From NCBI RefSeq assembly GCF_002113885.1, contig NW_018408920.1, positions 591,192 through 655,191 on the forward strand: a stretch of 64,000 bases of DNA. The letters run 5' to 3'. The notes beneath the pieces were generated by a model that searched no databases, was not told where the DNA came from, and saw nothing but the letters and a program-made list of their open reading frames with translations. This document shows, in pieces, positions 13,001-25,620 of the stretch. How positions within the stretch are numbered: the stretch's first letter is position 1; the number at the start of each line of letters is the position of its first letter. The stretch is from Mizuhopecten yessoensis (taxonomy: Eukaryota). The translations under genes were made by a program, and so were the position numbers.

Positions 13001-15531
13001 TATATAGCTCGGTTAACTGTATACCGTTATGTGTTTATAATTACATAGATCGGTTAACTGTATACAGTAATGAGTTTAACTACATAACTCGGTTAACTGT
13101 ATACAGTTATGCGTGTATAACTATATAGCTCGGTTAACTGTATACCGTTATGTGTATATAATTACATAGCTCGGTTAACTGTATACAGTAATGAGTTTAT
13201 AACTACATAACTCGGTTAACTGTGTACAGTTATGTGTGTATAACTATATAGCTCGGTTGACTGTTTACAGCTATGGGATTATAACTAGTATATTACTCGG
13301 TAAACGTATGTGTATATAACTATATAGCTCGGTTAACTGTTTACAGTTATGTGATAAAAACTACATAACTCGGTTAACTGTTTACAGTTATTGGATTATA
13401 ACCGTATAACTCGGTTAACTGTATACAGCTATTGGATTATAACTAATATAATACTCGGTAAACGTATGTGTATATAACTATATAGCTCGGTTAACTGTAT
13501 ACCGTTATGTGTTTATAATTACATAGATCGGTTAACTGTATACAGTAATGAGTTTAACTACATAACTCGGTTAACTGTATACAGTTATGTGTGAATAACT
13601 ATATAGCTCGGTTAACTGTTTACTGCTATGGGATTAAAACTAGTATATTACTCGGTAAACGAATGCATATATATCTATATAGCTCGGTTAACTGTGTATA
13701 GTTATGTATTTATAACTACATAACTCGGTTAACTGTATACAGTTATGCGTGTATAACTATATAGCTCGGTTAACTGTATACAGTAATGAGCTTATAACTA
13801 CATAACTCGGTTAACTGTATACAGTTATGCGTGTATAACTATATAGCTCGGTTAACTGTATACCGTTATGTGTATATAATTACATAGCTCGGTTAACTGT
13901 ATACAGTAATGAGCTTATAACTACATAACTCGGTTAACTGTATACAGTTACGTGTGTATAACTATATAGCTCGGTTAACTGTATACCGTTATGTGTTTAT
14001 AATTACATAGATCGGTTAACTGTATACAGTAATGAGTTTAACTACATAACTCGGTTAACTGTATACAGTTATGGGTGTATAACTACATAACTCGGTTAAC
14101 TGTTTACAGTTATTGGATTATAACCGTATAACTCGGTTAACTGTATACAGCTATTGGATTATAACTAATATAATACTCGGTAAACGTATGTGTATATAAC
14201 TATATAGCTCGGTTAACTGTATACCGTTATGTGTTTATAATTACATAGCTCGGTTAACGGTATACAGTAATGAGTTTATGTGTTTATAACCATGTATAAC
14301 TCGGTTAACTGTTTATAGTTATGTGTTTATAACTATATAACTCGGTTAACTGTATACAGTTATGTGTGTATAACTATATAACTCGGTTAACTGTTTACAG
14401 CTTTGGGATTATAACTAGTATACTACTCGGTAAACGTATGCATATATATCTATATAACTCGGTTAACTGTTTATAGTTATGTGTTTATAACTACATAACT
14501 CGGTTAACTGTTTACAGTTATGTGTGTATAACTTCATAACTCGGTTAACTGTTTACAGCTATGGGATTATAACTACATAACTCGGTTAACTGTATACAGT
14601 TATGTGTGTATAACTATATAGCTCGGTTAACTGTATACAGTTATTTGTTTATAACTACATAACTCTGTTAACTGTTTACAGCTATGGGATTATAACTACA
14701 TAGCTCGGTTAACTGTTTACAGCTATTGCATTATAACTAGTATATTACTCGGTAAACGTATGTGTATATAACTATATAGCTCGGTTAACTGTTTACAGTT
14801 ATGGGATTATAATTAGTATAACTCGGTAAACTGAAGTACGGGTTACAATTTGTGTGCGGTGAAGTGTTCCATAAAACAGAAATACAGCTTCCTACCTTCT
14901 TTTGTTGCACTTCGAGAGTTTGGTCGATAATACGTGTTTATAGATTTATTCCCGTTAAACCCAACCATTTGTACCTTTTATCTGTTTCTAAACCGTCGAC
15001 TACCCTTTAGTGAAAAATAATCGGCTTTAATATAAAGATTTCGACATGATTTCGACAAGGAATACAGCATTCTCATGTCTATTCTGAAAACCAACTAATA
15101 CAATACATTAACAACTGAGACTTATGTTCAACATCACAGTGACATGGACAATCATGATAATAATCAAGGATATTACAAGGAAGCGTGCTACTGTTTTAAT
15201 ATATTCAAAAGAGTTTGACAAGGTAATTGATTCGAAAAAACTAGAATCACTACTTTTCATATATATATTTGGTAAATATGGTGTTGACGAGTGATAATGA
15301 AGAATTTAATTCGAGTCATTTCAAATCGAATTTATGAAACTGAAAAATGTATTAACAGGTAAAACACCTCATTACAAATTATATTTAGAAACATGTTTTG
15401 AAATGCTACATCCAGACATCATAGATATAAACTAATACTTATGAGTAAAATACTGAATCGACCTCCATACCTCTATGGAGTTGTAAACGCTATATATGGC
15501 ACATTCTCCGTCCGAATGAACACAGTACATT
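4067..15531. repeat. Higher-order tandem repeat: four head-to-tail units of [~325-bp B block + variable 41-bp array + ~700-bp A block]
   Basis: Units start at 4067, 8443, 10078 and 11713. The two middle units are 1635 bp each; the outer units are ~4.4 kb and ~3.8 kb because of longer arrays. Junctions share ATT microhomology. Confidence 0.95.
4396..7745. repeat. ~41-bp palindromic minisatellite array (further arrays at ~8770-9380, ~10405-11015, ~12040-14830)
   Basis: Unit ctcggttaactgtatacagttatgtgtgtataactatatag, interleaved with a ~32-bp variant ctcggtaaacgtatgtgtatataactatatag. Confidence 0.95.
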
Positions 15532-16047
15532 CTTCAATGCTTCAATAGATATGTAGGCCGCTGGCCACCACCAAGACTAGTACATTGTGTCGGTCTTATA
15601 CCTTTAGGTACCGTAATCAGATAAGGGTTTAACGTACAGCTTTATATAGAGCGGGACCATTCATGATGAGTCCCTTCGTTAAATGCTAGACTGTACAAAT
15701 TTACCCATTGTGTTTCATTGTTGAAATTTGTTTAAAGGCGCCTGGTTATCGACAGAGACGGATAAAATACAGTAGGTCTAGATCTCTGACTTCGACATCT
15801 AAGTATTTCCGCCGTTATTTACATGAACACTAAGAATAATATGCACCAACAAAACGCAAAACGTTGATTAAGATTCAAAGCAAGAGATAGAGAAGTACAC
15901 AAGCGTTCTGTTGGTATATATCTTAGTGTTTTAAAAATTAGAAAGTGTTTGTAATATTGAAACTTGATGATAGTTGGTAAGGTGATATAGCGAGAGGGTC
16001 TAGCTTGTCCTTCGGACAGGTAAGCCCTTATCTCCCTCTCTACTCAC

Positions 16048-16300
16048 CTGTCCACACGTGTCCGGACTGATAAACCACCGTGTCCGATATATACTGTCCC
16101 TGAGGTTAACTACCTGTCGTCCATGTACACTCTCTGTCAGCGGAGTACCCACGGGTATATATATATAGTAACAGAACGGTGTGCCGGGTAGCTCGCAAGT
16201 CATGTGACTATCGATCGGGAACGTGAACAAATCAACCCGGCCACGTGGACCTGGTAAAGGCACCTCATTGTAATATTTACTAGTCTTCCAACTTTGACCG
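16048..16300 (-). CDS. Candidate internal coding exon (84 aa, GQSWKTSKYYNEVPLPGPRGRVDLFTFP...RTRWFISPDTCGQ), family unknown
   Basis: GC-elevated stop-free segment bounded by acceptor tttgtatgtag| and donor cag|GTGAGT; phase 2 to phase 0. Confidence 0.55.
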
Positions 16301-16596
16301 CTACATACAAATAATCTAGTAAGTGACATCGAATCATTCTTATAGTACAATATAGACATGTAATGCATATCTTGCGATATAACTTAAACAAGATGACTAA
16401 GTTGTGGGTAAAATGTACCTACATACTGGGCCTACTATTTATATAGGAACCTGTACATGTGTTCACATGACCGCTAAACCCTGAACAAAACACGGTGGAA
16501 ACCTGCTACGGACGTCCCGCTCTAATGAACCTCATTTATTAATGTGATTTTTTAGTAATGTTTTCTTTTGGAATATGTAGCACATGTTGTTGTTTT

Positions 16597-17631
16597 TTTA
16601 GGTCACCCGAGCTTTGCTCAAGTGACCTATTCTAATTGCTTTCCGTCCGTCGTCGTCCGTCGTCCGTAAACTTTTTACATTTTCAACTTCTTCTCAAGAA
16701 CCAGTGGATGGATTTTTTTCAAACTTGGTCAGAATCCTTCTTGGTAGATGAGACTACAAAATTGTAAAATTGGGATTCCTAACCCCAACCCCTTGGGCCA
16801 GGGCGGGGCCCAAAAGAGAAAATTAACCAATATTTCAAAAAACTTCTTCTCCAGACTCAGAGGTACTACATTCATTTTCTCTGCATGGAAAGAAAGATCA
16901 TCAGGGGCTTTAGTTAAATTGTAAATTTCAGGACCCCTAGCTATCCGTTCTCCCTTGGGAAGGGGGTAAAGTTTATTATAGTTTATATAGGGAAATAACA
17001 CGTTTGGGTATATTTTGACAACTTTCTGTAGGAAATTATTTCTACTTGGTGAGAATTATCCTTAGAAGAAGATGGTTTCAAATTGTAAAATTGAGATTCC
17101 TACCCCAACCCCATGGGGCCAGGGCTGGGTCCCAAAGGGAAAATTCACAAATATTTCAAAAATCTTCTTCTCCAGACTCAAAGGTAGTGGTACTACAGTT
17201 ATTTTCTCTGCATGGAAAGAAAGATCATCAGAGGCTTTACTTAAATTGTAAATTTCAGGACCCCCGAGCTATCCGTTTTCCATTGGGGAGGGGGTAAAGT
17301 TTACAATAGTTTATAAAGGGAAATAACACTTTTGGGTATATTTTATCCATTTTCAGCAGAAAATTACTCAAACTTAGTCAGAGTCATCTTTGGTGAATGA
17401 GGGTATAACATTGTAAAATTGGGATTCCTGCCCCATCCCAAGGGGCTAGGGCGGGGCCCCAAAGGGAATATTTACCAATATTTTCAAATTCTTATCCTTT
17501 GATGACATGACAAGTATTGTAGTTCACTTAGTTTACATGCTGATTTCCACATCATATCTAAACAATAAAATAAAGCTACCAGTACCTTTGATATAATTCA
17601 GGTGACCGCTAAGGCTCTTGGGCCTCTTGTT
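16597..17631 (+). mobile_element. Non-autonomous Helentron-associated element (HINE / DINE-1 / pearl-like)
   Basis: T-run, then aggtcacccgag..caagtgacct sub-terminal IR; (gtcc/gtc) microsatellite; central ~160-bp repeats arranged as ~325-bp dimers; 3' tcaggtgacc, hairpin aggctcttgggcct, then cttgtt. Confidence 0.85.
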
Positions 17632-18037
17632 AATACCGGATTCGAAACGAAATTTTGAATATAAAATATGTCTTTATGTTTGGCAAACATTGACTTTCTT
17701 CTTTTTGTTTTTGTTTATATATGGAAATGTTAAGTCTTGAGTAGAATTAAAGTGAAATTTACTTAAAAAATCAGGTCTTTTCTAGGAATTACAGTTCCAG
17801 TTCTGTTTTCTGTTTGCGTGACTGATTTGAGATCAGCTTTATGAATGACAATTTTTGAGTCCTAATTTTCACTTGATCAACATTTTTCTGCCTACCTTAC
17901 GACAGGGTTTTGATGTCAGAAACAGCCGAAAGGTCAAGTACGGTGCAACAATCAATTGTTAATCAAGGTTATATCATTAGGAACAAAAATTAAACATATC
18001 AACGGAACTTCAAAGTTCATATTGACATTTAAAATAG

Positions 18038-18258
18038 TTTTGTTTGTGTTTTACGTCCTTTTAACAGCTATGGTAATTCAAGGACGTGCCAGGTTTTGGT
18101 GGTGGAGGAAAGCCGGAGTTCCCGGAGAAAAACTACCGACCTACGGCCAGTACCTGGCCACTGCCCCACGTAGACCTCGAACCCGCGACCCACTGGTGGA
18201 GGGCTATAAGTGGTAGCAGAATGTCAGACGCCTTAACCACTTGGCCACCGCGTCCCCC
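18038..18258 (-). mobile_element. Full-length tRNA-derived SINE (V-domain-like), copy 3
   Basis: Minus strand: A box GGTGGCCAAGTGG, B box GGTTCGAG, central ttctccgggaactccggctttcctccacc resembling the V-SINE domain, and an (AAAC)n tail. Confidence 0.85.
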
Positions 18259-18618
18259 GGACGAAATGGCAATATGATACAGTTAAATTGTATATGATTG
18301 TCTTCGTCGATTGTTGCTTTGATATTTAAATAGCTGTTTCCTTACTCTGTACCTCTGTTGAGTACACATGTATATATACCAAACAAATCTGTATCACAAG
18401 TTACTCTTATGTATAGCTGCATACAGATTTACTGTCACTTTCTACATAATATGAAAAGGCAAATCCTTAAAAGAGCGTAGCTTTTGTTGATCTATGATAT
18501 TAACCTATTCAGAATACTGCTTTCTGAATGAGATAAGAAAAACCTTTTTTAAAGTCGGCAAGTCGAGGAATAACAATAAAACACAAACTCTAATGAGATT
18601 AAGACCGACATAACAATA

Positions 18619-19215
18619 GGGGAGACCGTTTTTGAACATTCTTTAACTTTTCCTGTCGGAAGATCGGATGGCCGAACGAGCCCCGCCATGGAGTAAGTTC
18701 GGACAGGCATCTGGGTTAGTTCGGCCCCCATTAAGATCAGCTTAATTATGACGTCATAAAGCACGCAACGTCAGATTTTACCATTAATTTTACGACTTTT
18801 TATGTGTCACATGGGCCGAACTTGCCACGGTACATATATGTATCATTGGCCGAACTTGTTCGGGCTCAAATTGATATTTCAATAAATACGTATCGTACAG
18901 CAATATAGTAGTGAGTGGTTGGCTTGGCTTTTATGTATATCATTTGAAGCTGTTAGTGTGTAACACGTTTGACCAAAAAAAGTAGCAATTCCGTTTCAAA
19001 AAGTTCGCATAACTAGAAGCGAGAACATGATTTTTTTTCTACCCTCTCAAAAGTAATTTTCTCCTGTTTAATCATTTTACATAAGAGTTTTCCTCACCAT
19101 TTTTTCGTAGAATGCCCAGCCAACTAAACTGCTAAGACCCCTCATCAAAGTTGTAAATATTAATTAGCTCAAAAACAAAAATATCAGGGGTGGCCGAACT
19201 TGCCCCGGTCTCCCG
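18619..19215. mobile_element. MITE with TA flanks and internal GGCCGAACTTG repeats
   Basis: TA|GGGGAGACCG ... CGGTCTCCCG|TA. The motif ggccgaac(tt) recurs at ~18670, 18814, 18848 and 19192, and inverted near 18695 and 18717. Confidence 0.6.
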
Positions 19216-19334
19216 TATGTAGATTTTTTTGTATCATTAATGGTTGATAAAAATGTATTCACAATACAATTTTTGCATTAATGACGCAATTTTTTTTTCA
19301 GTCAAAGCTAAAGTGCGCTCGTCTTCACCAAGAT

Positions 19335-19445
19335 GGTCGGATTCAATTCCGGTCACTTGCCCGACCACGCGGGTTTTCTCCGGATACTCCAGCTTCCTCC
19401 CATATTAAGAATTAAACCCTCTGCGTGCTTCCGTCAGGGCACAAA
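19335..19445 (+). mobile_element. V-SINE-like fragment of a different subfamily
   Basis: ggattcaattcc B-box remnant followed by gggttttctccggatactccagcttcctccca. Confidence 0.55.
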
Positions 19446-20102
19446 AAGAGCGATTGAGATAAGCTGGGGAAAACTGTTTGGTTATTGCTATAGAAAAAAG
19501 TGCATATTACATATTTGACGGTTAGCCTAAGAAAATGTCTAGTGATGTAAGTTGCAAAAATAAAATTGAAAAAACAACAACATTGTAATACCTTGATGTA
19601 ACTGAGATTGTCGTTATATCAAATATGTAGTCTCAATTCCTGTTCCATCCCAAAACACCGGATTGAATTTTAAATTTTGTAACTGTCACCGAGGTTTGAC
19701 ACGTAATGATGCCAAATAAAATTAAACAGTTTCTGTCTGTAACTAGTTAGAAATCGGCACGCGTTGTGAAAAAGTAATACGTTGCTGAAAAAGGGCGTTG
19801 AACTTGGGTTTGTTGTCTGGAAAATGGTTGTTGATTTCGACATGAATGCATTTTCCATTGTTTCTTTTATGAGTGGTGATGCATAAATAAACAATGTAAA
19901 GACTATAACCAGACTTTCAAAAATGTTGATTATTTCGTTCATATTCTCAACAAATGGAAATCGAAAGCTGATGAAATTTTGGATGATGAAAACTAAATGT
20001 ACACGTTGACCTATTGGTTTAATGCCGACTCTTTTTGAAGATATCTCCTAGTAAAAATATTAACAGAAACAAAAAGAATCTTCACAAAATATTCGCATAT
20101 TC

Positions 20103-23100
20103 GGATATATAGGAGGTAACTACCGGGTAGGTGTTTACACAGAGACCAGGATATATAGGAGATCACTGCTGGGTACGTGTGTATACACAGAGACCAGGAT
20201 ATATAGGAGATCACTGCTGGGTACATGTGTATACACAGAGACCAGGATATATAGGAGATCACTGCTGGGTACGTGTGTATACACAGAGTCCAGGATATAT
20301 AGGATATCACTGCTGGGTACGTGTGTATACACAGAGTCCAGGATATATAGGATATCACTGCTGGGTACGTGTGTATACACAGATACCAGGATATATAGGA
20401 TATATAGGAGGTCACAGCTGGGTACGTGTGTATACACAGAGACCAGGATATATAGGTGGTCACTGCTGGGTACGTGTGTATACACAGACACCAGGATATA
20501 TAGGAGGTCACTACCGGGTAGCTGTATACACAGAGACCATGATATATAGGAGGTCACTACCTGGTAGGTGTATAGACAGAGACCAGGATATATAGGAGCT
20601 CACTGCTGGGTACGTGTGTATACAGAGACACCAGGATATATAGGAGGTCAATGCTGGGTACGTGTGTATACACAGATACCAGGATATATAGGCCAGGATA
20701 TATAGGAGGTCACAGCTGGGTACGTGTGTATACACAGAGTCCAGGATATATAGGATATCACTGCTGGGTACGTGTGTATTATATAGGAGTTCACTGCTGG
20801 GTACGTGTGTATAGACAGACACCAGGATATATAGGAGGTCCCTGCTGGGTTCGTGTGTATACGTACAGACCAGGATATATAGGAAGTTACTGCTGGGTAC
20901 GTATGTATACACAGCGACCAGGATATATAGGAGGTCACAACCGGGTAGGTTTATACACAGAGACCAGGATATATTGGAGGTCACTGCTGGGTACGTGTGG
21001 ATACACAGAGACCAGGATATATTGGAGGTCACTGCTGGGTACGTGTGTAGACCAGGATATATAGGAGGTCACAAACGGGTAGGTGTATACACAGAGACGA
21101 GGATATATAGGAGGTCACTACCGGGAAGGTGTATACACAGAGACAATGATATATAGGAGGTCACTACCGGGTAGGGGTATACACAGAGACCAGGATATAA
21201 AGGAGATCACTGCTGGGTACGTGTGTATACAAACAGACAAGGGTATATAGGATGTCACAGCTGGGTACGTGGGTATACACAGAGACCAGGATATATAGGT
21301 GGTCACTGCTGGGTACGTGTGTAAACACAGAGACCAGGATATATAGGTGGTCACTGCTGGGTACGTATGTATACACAGAGACCAGGATATGAGACCAGGA
21401 TATATAGGAGGTCAATGCTGGGTACGTGTGTATACAAAGATATCAGGATGTATAGGAGGTCACTGCTGGGTACGTGTGTCTACACAGACACCAGGATATA
21501 TAGGAGGTCAATGCTGGGTACGTGTGTATACAAAGATATCAGGATATATAGGAGGTCACTGCTGGATAGGTGTTTACACAGACACAAGGATATATAGGAG
21601 GTCACTACCGGGTAGGTGTATACACAGAGACCAGGATATATAGGAGATCACTGCTGGGTACGTGCGTATACACAGAGACCATGATATATAGGAGGTCACT
21701 ACCGGGTAGGTGTATACACAGAGACCAGGATATATGGGAGGTCACTGCTGGATAGGTGTTTACACAGACACAAGGATATATAGGAGGTCACTACCGGGTA
21801 CGTGTTTTCACAGAGACCAGGATATATAGGAGGTCTCAGCTGGGTACGTGTGTATACACAGAGACCAGGATATATAGGAGGTCAATGCTGGGTACGTGTG
21901 TATACACACAGACAAGGGTATATAGGATGTCACAGCTGGGTACGTGTGTATACACAGAGACCAGGATATATAGGAGATTACTGCTAGGTACGCGTGTATA
22001 CACACAGACCAGAATATAAAGGAGGTCACTATTGGGTACGTGTGTATACACAGAGACCAGGATATATAGGAGGTCACTGCTTGGTACGTGTGGATACACA
22101 GAGACGATATATAGGAGGTCACTACCGGGAAGGTGCATACACAGAGACCAAGAGATATAGGAGGTCACTGCCGGGTAGGTGTATACACAGAGACCCAGAT
22201 ATATAGGAGGTCACTACTTGGTACGTGTTTTCACAGAGACAAGGATATATAGGAGATTACCGCTAGGTACGCGTGTATACACAGAGACCATGATATATAG
22301 GAGGTCACGGCTGGGTACGTGGGTATACACAGAGACGAGAATATATAGAAGGTCACTGCTGGGTACGCGTGTATACACAGAGACCAGTGGGTACGTGTGT
22401 ATACACAGAGACCAGGATATATAGGAGGTCACGGCTGGGTACGTGTGTATACACAGAGACCAAGATATATAGGAGGTCACTGCTGGGTACGTGTGGATAC
22501 ACAGAGACCAGGATATATAGGAGGTCACTGCTGGGTACGTGCGTATACACAGAGACGAGAATATATAGAAGGTCACTGCTGGGTACGTGTGTATACACAG
22601 AGACCAGGATATATAGGAGGTCACTGCTGGGTACGTGCGTATACACAGAGACCAGGATATAAAGGATATCACTGCTGGGTACGTGTGTATACACAGATAC
22701 CAGGATATATAGGATATCACTGCTGGGTACGTGTGTATACACAAAGACCAGGATATATAGGAGGTCACTGCTGGGTACGTGTGTATACACAGAGACCAGG
22801 ATATATAGGTGGTCACTACCGCGTACGTGTTTTCACATACACCAGGATATATAGGAGGTCAATGCTGGGTACGTGTGTATACACAGAGACCAGGATATAT
22901 AGGTGGTCACTACCGCGTACGTGTTTTCACATAGACCAGGATATATAGGAGGTCAATGCTGGGTACGTGTGTATACACAGAGACCAGGATATAAAGGATA
23001 TCACTGGTGGGTACGTGTGTATACACAGAGACCAGGATATATAGGAAGTCACTGCTTGGTACGTGTGTATACACAGAGACCAGGATTTATAGGAGGTCAC

Positions 23101-24880
23101 TGCTGGGTACGTGTGTATACGCAGAGACCAGGATATGTAGGAGGTCACTGCTGGGTACCTTCGTGTAAACAGAGACCAGGATATATAGGAGGTTACGGCT
23201 TTGTACGTGTGTATACACAGAGACCAGGATATGTAGGAGGTCACTGCTGGGTACCTTCGTGTAAACAGAGACCAGGATATATAGGAGGTTACGGCTTGGT
23301 ACGTGTGTATACACAGAGACCAGGATATATAGGAAGTCACTGCTGGGTACCTGTGTATACACAGAGACCAGGATATATAGGAGGTCACTGCTGGGTACGT
23401 GTGTATACACAGAGACCAGGATATATAGGAAGTCACTGCTGGGGACGTATGTATACACAGAGACCAGGATATATAGGAGGTCCCTGCTGGGTTCGTGTGT
23501 ATACGTACAGACCAGGATATATAGGAAGTCACTGCTGGGTACGTATGTATACACAGAGACCAGGATATATAGGAGGTCACTGCTGGGTACGTGTGTATAC
23601 ACAGAGACCAGCATATATAGGATATCACTGCTGGATACGTGTGTATACACAGAGACCAGGATATATAGGAGGTCAGTGCTGGGTACGTGTGTATTCACAG
23701 AGACCAGGATATATAGGAGGTCACTGCTGGGTACGTGTGTATACACAGAGACCAGGATATAAAGGAGATCACTGCTGGGTACGTGTGTATACACAGGGAC
23801 CAGGATATATAGGTGGTCACTACCGGGTACGTGTTTTCACATAGACCAGGATATATAGGAGGTCAATGCTGGGTACGTGTGTATACTGAGATACCAGGAT
23901 ATAAAAGATATCAATGCTGGGTACGTGTGTATACACAGAGACCAGGATATATAGGAGATCACTGCTGGGTACGTGTGTATTCACAGAGACCAGGATATAT
24001 AGGAGGTCACTGCTGGGTACGTGTGTACGTGCGTATACACAGAGACCAGGATATATAGGAGGTCAATGATGGGTACGTGTGTATACACACAGACAAGGGT
24101 ATATAGGATGTCACAGCTGGGTACGTGTGTATACACAGAGACCAGGATCTGTAGGAGGTCACTGCTGGGTACGTGCGTATACACAGAGACCAGGATATAT
24201 AGGAGGTCACGGCTGGGTACGTGTGTATACACACAGACCAGGATATATAGGAAGTCACTGCTGGGTATGTTTGTATACACAGAGACCAGGATATATAGGA
24301 GGTCACTGCTGGGTACGTGTGTATACACAGAGACCAGGATATATAGGATATTACTGCTGGGTACGTGTGTATACACAGATACCAGGATATATAGGAGGTC
24401 AGTGCTGGGTACGTGTGTATTCACAGAGACCAGGATATATAGGAGATCACTGTTGGGTACGTGTCTATACACAGAGACCAGGATATATAGGAGATCACCG
24501 CTGGGTACGTGCGTATACACAGAGACCAGGATATATAGGAGGTCACTGCTGGGTACGTGTGTATACACAGAGACCAGGATATATAGGAGGTCGCTGCTGG
24601 GTACGTGCGTATCCACAGAGACCAGGATATATAGGAGGTCCCTGCTGGGTTCGTGTGTATACACACAGACCAGGATATATAGGAAGTCACTGCTGGGTAC
24701 GTATGTATACACAGAGACCAGCATATATAGGATGTCAGTGCTGGGTACGTGTGGATACACAGAGACCAGGATATATAGGAGGTCACTGCTGGGTACGTGT
24801 GTATACACAGAGACCAGCATATATAGGATATCACTGATGGGTACGTGTGTATACACAAAGACAAGGATATATAGGAGATC
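20103..24880. repeat. 48-bp minisatellite with 44-bp variants, ~100 copies
   Basis: Unit acagagaccaggatatataggaggtcactgctgggtacgtgtgtatac; the source of the many overlapping repetitive ORFs in the track. Confidence 0.97.
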
Positions 24881-25079
24881 CACTCCAGTTTGACCCGGAG
24901 CGGGGTCCCATCGTAATGTAGAGAGCTCTTAAAGCGTTCTGGTTTGTTTGCTGGGCGTGTCGTAAATGTGTCCGGGATGGTATACTCCTCTCCGTCAATA
25001 ACTGGTTGTATAGCAACGGTGAGATTTTGTAAGATGTGACAACAAGGTAAGCTAAACGACTGACCTATATACTTCTTGA
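24860..25079 (-). CDS. Candidate exon with fibronectin-III-like character (QSFSLPCCHILQNLTVAIQPVIDGEEYTIPDTFTTRPANKPERFKSSLHYDGTPLRVKLEW)
   Basis: GC-elevated stop-free frame; FTT-RP-xx-KP...V-x-L-x-W spacing resembles an FN3-FN3 junction. Candidate acceptors at 25080 and 25065. No strong donor; the frame runs into the 48-bp array. Confidence 0.4.
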
Positions 25080-25489
25080 CTATACAGAGTGGTCAAGTCT
25101 CTTTATTATTAAAAACGATCCATTCTATTGATTAATGCGTGTGTTCTCTGTATACTCATTATATGCATTGAATAATACAATAGTCAACTATAGTATAAAG
25201 TCACACATACGCATCATTCTACATGTAGGTGAGATCGAAATATGAAGTCGTTCACGGCTGTAGCCTCGAATGGTGGAGGCATATTGAAAATAGGGTTTTG
25301 TTTTGAACCTCTGGATTAGGGGGCTTCGGGGGTAAGCCTCCCAACAGGTGTAGAATGTTAGATAGTGTCTGAGCTAGAAAAAGGTCAGTCAGCCGACGAA
25401 CGAGATATATATATATATATAACAAATAGAGAAAATGGATCTTACCGTGGCACAACAAGATAAAAAAAACATGAAAAACTGAAAACATT

Positions 25490-25620
25490 TGATTGTTAAC
25501 AGAGTGCCTGGGGATCCACTATATAAGTCGTGTAATAACAATGCCTGATGCACTATAGATCCAATGGAGGAGAGCATAGGAAACTTTTGAATCGAACAAG
25601 ATAAGTTGAGTCTACAGTAC
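25490..25620 (-). mobile_element. Possible degenerate RNase H fragment of a retroelement
   Basis: Minus-strand frame reads ...IVITRLI*WIPRHSV, resembling the RNase H WIPxH motif; stops present. Confidence 0.25.

Noticed and set aside
4396-14830. CRISPR-like array (palindromic ~41-bp repeats)
   Set aside because: No unique spacers, units are contiguous, no cas genes, and the context is eukaryotic; it is a minisatellite.
15471-15580. Further minus-strand exon at the end of the A block (donor gag|GTATGG)
   Set aside because: Every frame has a stop nearby and there is no good polypyrimidine acceptor; it cannot be supported without transcripts.
18170-18258. tRNA gene
   Set aside because: A and B boxes are present but continue into a SINE body and (AAAC)n tail shared with two other copies; no closed acceptor stem was seen.
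19670-19942. 90-aa minus-strand ORF
   Set aside because: No recognisable motif or clear splice boundaries.
20011-24893. Dozens of overlapping repetitive ORFs as a Gly/Tyr/Cys/His-rich structural protein
   Set aside because: They are open on both strands and in several frames simply because the unit is 48 bp. Frequent 44-bp units break the frame, and no signal peptide or start context is present.
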